Sequence record: SRR22947725_384
DNA length: 48,440 nt
Direction: 5' to 3' (one strand)
Shown: in pieces, positions 19,857 through 27,792 of the stretch
Layout of the letters: each line of letters opens with the position of its first letter
Numbering within the stretch: the first letter of the stretch is position 1
Position numbers and translations under genes: made by a program
The notes under the pieces: generated by a model
What the model was told of the DNA's origin: nothing
Seen by the model: the letters and a program-made list of their open reading frames with translations, nothing else
The model's database searches: none

Positions 19857-20660
19857 ATGTCAGACATAATCTTCAGTTTAAGTAATTCCAAGGTTAAGGA
19901 ATTGATCAAATTACGGGAATCCGCGAGGCGAAGAAGGGAGCAGAACCATTTTGTGATCGAAGGTTACCCCGATTTGAAATGTATTTTTGAAGCCGGACGA
20001 AAGGTGGAGGAAATATTTTTCTGTTGGGATTTAATTAAAAAAGCTAGATTAGAGAATGAATTCGAAGAATTTGAAAAGACTGGACTTTTATTTACGGAGC
20101 TTAGTAAGGAGGCATTTACAAAAGCATCTTATCGAAAAAATTCGGATGGATTTATATCAGTTGCCCATTCCTGGCCTTTACTACTGGAAAACAGTATTGG
20201 TGAAAAAACTCAGATTTGTATTGTATTGGATGAAATAGAAAAACCTGGCAATTTAGGGGCGATTATTCGAACGGCAGAAGCTTTCGGGGTAAAGTCGATA
20301 TTATTGTCTGATGCCGTGATTGACTGTTTTAACCCTAACGTAATTCGTTCGTCGAGGGGTTTGATGTCAGGTGTTAATATTGGAATGGGAAGCAAAGAAG
20401 AAATTCACGATTTTTTGCAGAACAAAAAATTTATGCTGGTTGGAACGAGTGGTGGTGCTCAAAATCCTTATTGGGAACAGGAGATTACTTCCAAAACGGC
20501 CTTTGTATTTGGAAGTGAAAAACACGGGCTAGGAAATTTTTGGTTAGATCAACTGAACTGTACGGTTAATATTCCAATGAAAGGAAATGCCGACTCCCTT
20601 AATCTTCATGCAAGTGTGGCCTGTATTCTTGCAGAGAGTAACCGTAGAGTACTAAGTTAA
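19857..20660 (+). CDS. TrmH/SpoU-family RNA 2'-O-methyltransferase
   Basis: 'EKPGNLGAIIRTA', 'FGSEKHGL', 'IPMKGNADSLN'. Start at 19854/19857 avoids overlap with the divergent gene. Confidence 0.93.
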   Translation: MSDIIFSLSNSKVKELIKLRESARRRREQNHFVIEGYPDLKCIFEAGRKVEEIFFCWDLIKKARLENEFEEFEKTGLLFTELSKEAFTKASYRKNSDGFISVAHSWPLLLENSIGEKTQICIVLDEIEKPGNLGAIIRTAEAFGVKSILLSDAVIDCFNPNVIRSSRGLMSGVNIGMGSKEEIHDFLQNKKFMLVGTSGGAQNPYWEQEITSKTAFVFGSEKHGLGNFWLDQLNCTVNIPMKGNADSLNLHASVACILAESNRRVLS

Positions 20661-21652
20661 ATTGATTTAAGCCAAGGAATCGAATCCTCCAAGGCTTGTT
20701 TCATATTTTTGATAGGATAATATCCTAAATCAATTTGGGCCGATTGTGCGGAAAACCAATGGTCATGCGCAAGTTGACAAGCAACGAAACGAGTCATTGG
20801 TGGTTCTTTTTTGATCAGTAATAACTTGAAAGTACTTTCCAGTGTGGCACCTAAAAGAAACGCATTTCGAAAGCTCAATTTTTGGGTAAGTGGCGGCAGG
20901 TTAATTAACTGAAATAATTCGTTTAGCCATTTCCATAATTGTATTGGTTCGTCCTGGCCTATGAAATACGGCTTTCCACCCAGGTTGCTATTTTTTTGCA
21001 TCGCGACCATTGCACAAACATGAGCGTGAGTTACATTATCGATATGAGTTAGATCGACTTGGTTTTCACCCGAACCGATAATTCTTAATTTTCCTTCTCT
21101 GTGGCGAGAGATAACGCGAGGTAATAGGTGGGGGTCCTTTTTTCCCCATACTAAATGGGGTCGAAGTGCCAAAGTTTGAAAACGGCCAGGTTCATTTGCA
21201 CGAAGTACTTTCCGTTCCGCAATGGATTTAGTTTTTGCATAGGCAGAAAGACTGGAATTTCCATACTGAAGCGATTCGTCGCCATTGTTAATTGAGTTTC
21301 CTGAAAATACAACACTGGGCGTGCTCGTGTAAATCAATCGAGGGATATTAGATAACTGACAGGCGGCGATTATATTTTCAGTTGCTCGAACATTTGCATC
21401 ATAAAATTCAGAGTACTTTCCCCAAACCCCAGCCTTGGCTGCAACATGAAAAAAGACATCTGTTTTACTGAGAAGAGATTGGGGCAATGCTTCTTGAGTA
21501 AGATCGAATGTATGGTGAAAGGAATAACCCTCAAGGTCGCTAGATGGTAAAGGGTGCCTCGAAATGGTATGCACTTCGTGACCATCTGTGCGCAATTTAT
21601 GAGTAAGAGAAGAGCCAAGAAACCCGGTTCCTCCTGTAATAATAATTTTCAT
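20657..21652 (-). CDS. oleD: 2-alkyl-3-oxoalkanoate reductase OleD-like (extended SDR)
   Basis: 'TGGTGFLG', 'HVAAKAGVWG', 'YTSTPSVV', 'YAKTK', 'LRPHLVWG..DPHLLPR', 'EPPMTRFVA'; directly downstream of the oleC-like gene. Confidence 0.82.
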   Translation of the reverse strand: MKIIITGGTGFLGSSLTHKLRTDGHEVHTISRHPLPSSDLEGYSFHHTFDLTQEALPQSLLSKTDVFFHVAAKAGVWGKYSEFYDANVRATENIIAACQLSNIPRLIYTSTPSVVFSGNSINNGDESLQYGNSSLSAYAKTKSIAERKVLRANEPGRFQTLALRPHLVWGKKDPHLLPRVISRHREGKLRIIGSGENQVDLTHIDNVTHAHVCAMVAMQKNSNLGGKPYFIGQDEPIQLWKWLNELFQLINLPPLTQKLSFRNAFLLGATLESTFKLLLIKKEPPMTRFVACQLAHDHWFSAQSAQIDLGYYPIKNMKQALEDSIPWLKSI

Positions 21653-21654
21653 TA

Positions 21655-23301
21655 TTATGAATACTTTGATGGGTTCTTTCGCACCAAGCGGGTCCATTTT
21701 TTCGCCAGAGATAGCCGGTGAATTTTTGCATTGTGCCGAGAATCCACAGGAAGCGATTTTTCAAATACGATATAAGGAAAAGAAAACGAAGGCAGGTGAA
21801 TCTTCAATGTGGAAAAAACCTGTTTTTTTAAAGCGGCCAAATCTGTTTGTTTTATATGGGGGTAAGGCTCTACCACCAAGCATGGTTGCTTGACCGGGTT
21901 TTCACCAATTCCGATTAGTGCAGATTTGGATATTTCCTTTATTCCATTTATTAAAGGTTCGCATCGCTCGGTTTCTAATGGGCCATCTTGGGTAATAATT
22001 CTCTCAACTTTTCGTCCAAGAAACCGAAGGAATCCCTCCGAGTCAAAATAGCCTAGATCGCCCATCCTATGATAATTTAGTTGCCCGTCATGAAATTTCG
22101 AATCCACTGTGGCACCGGGCATCCTAAAATACTCCTGACTTACTACAGGTCCGGAAACACAAATTTCACCTACCTCACCTTGGGGTAGTTCTTGGGGGCA
22201 ATTGAGTCCTGATTCAAAGGGAGAAAAGCTAATGGGTGCGATGCGCACTGTATTTCCTTGTAGTGGTCGACCTAGGCATGAACCCTGTCCAAGGGAAATA
22301 TCTCGGGATAGCTTGTTAACCTCAATATGATCAGCGGCAGAAATAGGAAGTGCTTCGGTTGCTCCATACGGAAGAATTACTTTTCCATTTGAAATTACTT
22401 TGGAAAGATCGTGCACTAGGGAAGGATGTGCTGGTGCACCGGCCAATAAAAACCGTTTAATTTTGGGGAGCTTAATTTTTTGTGAAGAACAAGAGGCGAC
22501 AATTTTTTCCCCAATAATGGGGGATGTGAACGCAGTGGTTATTTCAAACTCCTGAATGGATCGGGTGAGTTTTTTGGGGTCTGCAGTGCTGGGCTTTCTA
22601 GGATTCATATCTGGAATTACAGAAGTAACTCCCAGGGCAGGATTAAAAAGGGCAAAGATCGGAAGAGTTGCTAAATCTTTTTCTCCTTTTTCAATCCCGA
22701 AATCATTTTGTAAGTGATTAATTTGCGCCTCAAAAACTTGGTGGGAATAGCACACCCCCTTGGGAGTACCAGTGGATCCAGAAGTAAATACGATTGCGGC
22801 CAAGTCTTGGGGTAGGGTGGTGGCTGGTAGTGTCGTGTGGTTACTTTCCCCCTTTTTAATTTCCTTCGAAAAATGATTGGATTGAATCAACACCTTTTTC
22901 TCGATTGAACGAAATGGACGGGGTATGAATTTGCTCAATACATGGATCAATGAAATTCCAATTAATGCGGTGGGTTTGGTATTTTTAATACACTTGAGAA
23001 ATGGCCTTAAGCCCATACCGGGATCAATAATTATGGGAACTGCCCCTAGGTAAAACAGTGCGAAGGCAATAAGAATTAACTGATAGCCCGGTTTCACCGC
23101 CAGCAGCACATGATCATTTTTAGAAATGCCTTTGGCTTTTAAAAAGTCCGCACAGATCTGAACTTCCCGATAGAGTTCTTTAAACGAACGTGGTTCGAAA
23201 AAACCACTTCTTGCTGAAACGATTGCTAATTGGTCTGGGGCAAGAACAGATGCATTGGCCAAGTGAGTGGCAATATTATCATCTTTTCCTGATCCGACCA
23301 C
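21655..23301 (-). CDS. oleC: Olefin beta-lactone synthetase OleC-like (ANL/AMP-binding family)
   Basis: 'NIATHL', 'IDPGMG', 'FTSGSTGTPKG', 'PYGATEALP', 'HRMGDLGY', 'LPVDSRHNAKI'. Confidence 0.85.
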   Translation of the reverse strand: MVGSGKDDNIATHLANASVLAPDQLAIVSARSGFFEPRSFKELYREVQICADFLKAKGISKNDHVLLAVKPGYQLILIAFALFYLGAVPIIIDPGMGLRPFLKCIKNTKPTALIGISLIHVLSKFIPRPFRSIEKKVLIQSNHFSKEIKKGESNHTTLPATTLPQDLAAIVFTSGSTGTPKGVCYSHQVFEAQINHLQNDFGIEKGEKDLATLPIFALFNPALGVTSVIPDMNPRKPSTADPKKLTRSIQEFEITTAFTSPIIGEKIVASCSSQKIKLPKIKRFLLAGAPAHPSLVHDLSKVISNGKVILPYGATEALPISAADHIEVNKLSRDISLGQGSCLGRPLQGNTVRIAPISFSPFESGLNCPQELPQGEVGEICVSGPVVSQEYFRMPGATVDSKFHDGQLNYHRMGDLGYFDSEGFLRFLGRKVERIITQDGPLETERCEPLINGIKEISKSALIGIGENPVKQPCLVVEPYPHIKQTDLAALKKQVFSTLKIHLPSFSFPYIVFEKSLPVDSRHNAKIHRLSLAKKWTRLVRKNPSKYS

Positions 23302-23304
23302 CGA

Positions 23305-24234
23305 CTATTTTTGTTCCGCGAGCCATCTTTCCACATCAATGGCAGCCTGACAGCCCATTCCCGCTGCAGTAATTGCCTGTCGGTACACATGATCGGCACA
23401 ATCTCCTGCCACATAAACTCCGGGGATTTGAGTTTGCACCTGACTACCTTGGTCAGGAATTAGATAACCGTTTGAATCAAGGGGCAATATATCCTTAAAT
23501 GGTTGCGTATTGGGAACATGTCCAATGGCGATAAATACGCCTTTGCAGGAGATTTCAGAAAGTTCGTTCGTTTTGAGATTTTCAACCGTGATGGCTCTTG
23601 TTTTCCCAGCTTCATCAGGTAGAATTTCTTGGATCCCAGAATCCCAAACAACCTCAATTTTTTCATGGGCCAGAGTTCTTTCTGCCATTATCTGTGAAGC
23701 ACGTAGTTCGTCTCTCCTGTGTACAAGAGTTACCTTGGAGCAAAAGCGGGTTAAAAAGAGAGCTTCTTCGCATGCAGAATCTCCCCCTCCGACAACAATG
23801 ACATCCATGTTTCGGTAAAAAGCACCATCACAGGTTGCACAAGTGGTTACCCCTTTTCCTCCGTACATTTCTTTTTCACCTGGAATGCCCAAAAGCCTTG
23901 GTGCTGCACCGGTTGCTATAATAACGGCTTTAGACTCAAATTTTTTATTTCCAGAAAAGAGAATTTTTGTGTCTCCGCTAAAGTCGACTTTATCAATAAA
24001 GGCATTTTCAACTCTCGCTCCAAACCGGGTCGCCTGTTTTCGTAATTGATCCATCAGTGAATATCCGTCCACTCCCTCGGGAAACCCGGGAAAGTTTTCG
24101 ACTTCTGAAGTAGTGGTAAGTTGACCACCAGGCTGCCTACCTTCGAGAATAAGTGGATTTAAGTTTGCCCGGGCAGTATATATTCCTGCAGTGAATCCTG
24201 CACAGCCAGTTCCAAGAATGATTATGTTTTCCAT
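23305..24234 (-). CDS. trxB: Thioredoxin-disulfide reductase
   Basis: '[16 protein letters not shown]', 'CATCDG', '[10 protein letters not shown]', 'HRRDELRAS', '[12 protein letters not shown]'. Confidence 0.97.
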   Translation of the reverse strand: MENIIILGTGCAGFTAGIYTARANLNPLILEGRQPGGQLTTTSEVENFPGFPEGVDGYSLMDQLRKQATRFGARVENAFIDKVDFSGDTKILFSGNKKFESKAVIIATGAAPRLLGIPGEKEMYGGKGVTTCATCDGAFYRNMDVIVVGGGDSACEEALFLTRFCSKVTLVHRRDELRASQIMAERTLAHEKIEVVWDSGIQEILPDEAGKTRAITVENLKTNELSEISCKGVFIAIGHVPNTQPFKDILPLDSNGYLIPDQGSQVQTQIPGVYVAGDCADHVYRQAITAAGMGCQAAIDVERWLAEQK

Positions 24235-24327
24235 ATAAAGTATATTAAATAGTAGCTATTTTGTGGTAACAAAGAAGAAAGAAATTATAGTGTGAGAGAT
24301 GATAGGTTTTTTGAATGGGTCGAGTAT

Positions 24328-25158
24328 ATGAATTGGTTTGATAGTCACTGTCACCTTAAAGGTTTTAAGAATAAGGGTAATTTAGAAGAAATTCTTAGGC
24401 GAGCCGAGGAAAATGGAGTTTCCCGAATGACCGCGGTTGGAACATCAAATGACGATTGGGAAATTTATAAGAATTTATCGGAGCAATATCGAGACAAAAT
24501 CTTTTATTCTGTTGGATTACATCCCTGTTATGTAAATGAAGGTTATGAGAGTGTGATAGAAAAAATAGAATTTTATTTAGGTTCTGGGTCTCCACCGGTT
24601 GCTCTTGGGGAGATCGGTTTAGATTATTTTCACCTCCCCAAGAATCATAATGAAGCACTCTCGATTATAAAAAATCAAAAAATTGCTTTTCTGGAACAAC
24701 TCAAAATTGCTGCTCAGTATAATTTGCCAACGATTGTTCATTCTAGAAATGCGTTTAGTGATTGTATTGCAATTATTGAACAATCCGGACTCCCCTGGGA
24801 GAAGGTTTTATTTCATTGTTTCTCAGAAGGAGTGAAGGAAATAAAGGAACTCAATGACCGGGGTGGTTATGCTTCGTTTACAGGAATTATAACTTTTAAG
24901 AATAATGAATTTTTACGGGAAGCACTAAAAGGGCAAGGTATTGCGAAATTAATTCTGGAAACAGATAGTCCCTACCTTGCACCTGAGCCAAAAAGAGGAA
25001 AGGAAAACGAACCAAGTTATCTACCTTTTATTGGTGAATTTCTTTCAGGGTACCTGGAAGTACCTTTGGAAGAAATAGCACAACAAAGTTATTGTAACGC
25101 CAGTAAATTTTATGGCCTTGAATTTGATTACTTTGATGGGAAGCAAAGCGGAGAGTAG
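24328..25158 (+). CDS. TatD-family metal-dependent hydrolase/DNase
   Basis: 'DSHCHL', 'GLHP', 'GEIGLDY', 'VHSR', 'HCFS', 'ETDSPYLAP'. Confidence 0.94.
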   Translation: MNWFDSHCHLKGFKNKGNLEEILRRAEENGVSRMTAVGTSNDDWEIYKNLSEQYRDKIFYSVGLHPCYVNEGYESVIEKIEFYLGSGSPPVALGEIGLDYFHLPKNHNEALSIIKNQKIAFLEQLKIAAQYNLPTIVHSRNAFSDCIAIIEQSGLPWEKVLFHCFSEGVKEIKELNDRGGYASFTGIITFKNNEFLREALKGQGIAKLILETDSPYLAPEPKRGKENEPSYLPFIGEFLSGYLEVPLEEIAQQSYCNASKFYGLEFDYFDGKQSGE

Positions 25159-25210
25159 TAAAAATAGTTTGCAAAAATAATTTACAGCTAAAGGCTAACT
25201 AATAATTAGA

Positions 25211-25405
25211 TCAAAACTTTCGGATAAAGACCGCATTCATCGATCTAAAGTTCGTATGAAAATGGTAAAACTAAGGACCTAATTAAAAGAATTACTGCAA
25301 GAGGAAGGACAGCAATCTGACATAGATTCATGCAAGGGTGAAATTAAAGTTTTAAGAAAAGAACTTCAATCTCTTCTTGGAGAATGTAGAATCGATGAAG
25401 GTTAA
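25211..25405 (+). pseudogene. Possible degraded small coiled-coil ORF with an internal TAA
   Basis: One frame reads SKLSDKDRIHRSKVRMKMVKLRT*LKELLQEEGQQSDIDSCKGEIKVLRKELQSLLGECRIDEG*, with the stop at 25280-25282. Confidence 0.25.
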
Positions 25406-25430
25406 GCGGAGAAGTGAATTGCGATAAAGG

Positions 25431-27290
25431 TTATTTTGTTTCTTTTCCCATTTGCTCTGCATAGATCGTTACTTTTGTTTCCTCTCCCGAGGTTAGATAC
25501 TTTGCTCTTTTAATCGCTTTTGCAGTCGATAATGTTGGATTACTTACAATGTGAGGAAATATATTTTTTCGATTCATTCGTGAAAGTACTCCTGCATTTT
25601 TTAGAATTCTTAAAATATCCCGCCTAACTCCGCAAAGAAGGACATGGCAATTTTTCTCTTTTAAATAATCCAGTAATTCTTCTAGTGCCATTACGGAAGT
25701 AGCATCTAAATGATGGGCGTTCAGAAGTTTTAATACTAGAACCCGTAAGTTTGGGTCTTCACCAACCCGCCTTATTTGCTCATAAAATAAATCTGCGGCC
25801 GCAAAAAATATTTCACCCTCCACATGGACAATAGAAACCTCCGGTTCAGGACGTCGAGCCTTTCCAGACAACGCCGCAAGTTCACCCTCTTCATTATATC
25901 CATATTCAACCATTTCAGGTACAGCTACTTTCCTTAAAAATAAAAGAATTGAAGTAATAACACCGGCAAAAATTGCCATTTGTAGTGAAATAATAAGCCC
26001 GACTACCAGTGTCACCGTAAAAGTAATTGCGTCCGATCGGGTAGCTCGGGAAACAGCTTGAATCTGCCTACCTTTAATTAAGGAAGCACCGATGAAGATT
26101 ACTAATGTGGCCAGGGCAGGAATTGGAATATAAGAGACCAGTGAGCCGAGTGAGAAGTATCCAATTACCACGAAAATTCCTGCATAAAGATTAGAGGCAC
26201 TAGTCTTCGCACCCGATTGGATATTCAAAGAGGAGCGGGTAAGTGAGCCCGAGGCGGGCATGCCAGAAAGAAGGGAGCAGCCCATATTGCCCATTCCAAT
26301 AGCAAAGGTTTCCCGATTGGTTTGAATTCGTTCACCAGCTCTTGCTGCGAGTGATTTACCGATGGAGAGTCCTTCGAGGAGGCAGAGCAAAGAAATTGCA
26401 ATTGATGCCCAAAGAATGGTTCCGCTAGAATGAGATAAAGATTCAAAGTCTATGGAGGAAAGTATTCCGAGCGATGAATCGAATGTAGCAAGTGTATTTA
26501 CCGAACCAATAGTATCTTGGAGGAGAAAATGAAAAACAGACCCGAGAATTAGAGTAATTGCCACATTGGGCAAAGACTTTAGTTTATACTGTAAAATGAT
26601 ATAACTGAGGGCGGTAAATCCACTGACTATCAATGCAGGGGTAGAAAAACCAGCTAATGCTTTGGTAGATGCATATATAATTTGCCAAAAAGTAGCGATA
26701 GTGTCCCGGGAGTCTAACTCTAAGCCCAAAACATGTTTAGTCTGGTTTGCAATAATCAGGCATGCCGCGGCGGTTACATAAGCAGTAATAACCGTTCTTG
26801 ATACGAATTGAATCATGAAGGAAACTCGAAGCATCGAAGCAAGAATAAGGAAGCAGGCAGAGAAAAGTAGAATCCAGGGTAGTATCTTAATTGCCTCAAT
26901 TGTTCCCATTCCGTCCTGATTAATCATTCCTAAACTGGCAAAAACGCCAAACAGTAAGACTGATGTGGCATTAGTCGGCCCAAGCGTAATAAAGCGGGAA
27001 TTTGAAAATAAACAGCCCAGGATTGCTGCTACAGCGGAGCCTAATAAGCCATATTGAATAGGCAATCCAGAGACCAATGCATAGGCCATTCCTTGTGGAA
27101 TCGCTAAAAGTGCAACATTGAGTGCGGCTCTACAATCTGCATTAAGTAAATCGAAAGAATAGTTCTTAAAAACCAAGAGAAGAGGAAAGAACTGCTCAAA
27201 AGCAAAAGGGTGGAATCCTTCTTTTACAATATTTTTTTGGGGGGTCACAAATAAAAATGGTATTTCAGTTACTATGAACTTTCTAGGCAT
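25431..27290 (-). CDS. SulP-family anion transporter with C-terminal STAS domain
   Basis: 'AIPQGMAYA', 'GPTNA', 'SGSLTRS', STAS 'EGEIFFAAA..HLDAT'. True start may lie slightly downstream of 27290. Confidence 0.94.
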   Translation of the reverse strand: MPRKFIVTEIPFLFVTPQKNIVKEGFHPFAFEQFFPLLLVFKNYSFDLLNADCRAALNVALLAIPQGMAYALVSGLPIQYGLLGSAVAAILGCLFSNSRFITLGPTNATSVLLFGVFASLGMINQDGMGTIEAIKILPWILLFSACFLILASMLRVSFMIQFVSRTVITAYVTAAACLIIANQTKHVLGLELDSRDTIATFWQIIYASTKALAGFSTPALIVSGFTALSYIILQYKLKSLPNVAITLILGSVFHFLLQDTIGSVNTLATFDSSLGILSSIDFESLSHSSGTILWASIAISLLCLLEGLSIGKSLAARAGERIQTNRETFAIGMGNMGCSLLSGMPASGSLTRSSLNIQSGAKTSASNLYAGIFVVIGYFSLGSLVSYIPIPALATLVIFIGASLIKGRQIQAVSRATRSDAITFTVTLVVGLIISLQMAIFAGVITSILLFLRKVAVPEMVEYGYNEEGELAALSGKARRPEPEVSIVHVEGEIFFAAADLFYEQIRRVGEDPNLRVLVLKLLNAHHLDATSVMALEELLDYLKEKNCHVLLCGVRRDILRILKNAGVLSRMNRKNIFPHIVSNPTLSTAKAIKRAKYLTSGEETKVTIYAEQMGKETK

Positions 27291-27315
27291 GCGAGTAAAA
27301 GAAAAAGAAAAAATC

Positions 27316-27342
27316 TAAAGCTTTTAAGAATCGATCCGACTA
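27316..27342 (+). promoter_or_regulatory. Putative sigma-28 (FliA/SigD) promoter
   Basis: TAAA(27316-19)-N15-TCCGACTA(27335-42) versus consensus TAAA-N15-GCCGATAA, oriented toward the flagellin. Confidence 0.55.
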
Positions 27343-27350
27343 TAATAAAT

Positions 27351-27366
27351 GTCACAAGGATGTGAC
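27351..27366 (+). promoter_or_regulatory. CsrA/RsmA-type binding hairpin 1
   Basis: GTCAC-AAGGAT-GTGAC: perfect 5-bp stem with a GGA loop; contains ACAAGGATGT, the core of the CsrA consensus RUACARGGAUGU. Confidence 0.7.
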
Positions 27367-27384
27367 CGTTATAAAATTTGGTTT

Positions 27385-27406
27385 CGACAAAACAGGAGGT
27401 TAGTCG
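27385..27406 (+). promoter_or_regulatory. CsrA-type hairpin 2 overlapping an AGGAGG Shine-Dalgarno
   Basis: CGAC-AA-AAC-AGGAG-GTT-A-GTCG; SD at 27394-27399, 6 nt before GTG 27406. Confidence 0.55.
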
Positions 27407-27622
27407 TGGTCGCTCTCTTTTTATCTTTAGATAGATAAAAGCGTATTTCACAACATTTAATTCCTACCTTTATAATTTATCCTTCATGGACTCGATTTGT
27501 ACTCCTTAGAGATTACATCTCGATTACATTCTATTGGCATTAATTTCGATTAATTCAGAAATTATTGCACAAGCATATAAACCCAAAAGACCCAGTATTA
27601 TGAACTAATATAAACTTTCGGA

Positions 27623-27644
27623 GCATGATCAGGACGATACATGC
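27623..27644 (+). promoter_or_regulatory. CsrA-type hairpin 3
   Basis: GCATG-ATC-AGGAC-GAT-A-CATGC: 8-bp stem with one bulge and a GGA loop. Confidence 0.5.
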
Positions 27645-27672
27645 CCAAAATTGATTATTATCAAATTATAGC

Positions 27673-27684
27673 GACAAGGATGTC
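27673..27684 (+). promoter_or_regulatory. CsrA-type hairpin 4
   Basis: GAC-AAGGAT-GTC; second exact copy of ACAAGGATGT, about 110 nt upstream of the flagellin ATG. Confidence 0.65.
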
Positions 27685-27792
27685 ATTGTATCATTTTGTA
27701 CTCGTATATACCCGGGTGCTTAATTCCTAATTTTATTCTTTCGTTAGATTTATATTAATTACCATATTTTATATCTAACTAATTAACTAATT

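Noticed and set aside
27611-27640. Second sigma-28 promoter (TAAA...GACGATAC)
   Set aside because: The spacer is 18 nt rather than about 15, and the sequence is better explained as a GGA hairpin.
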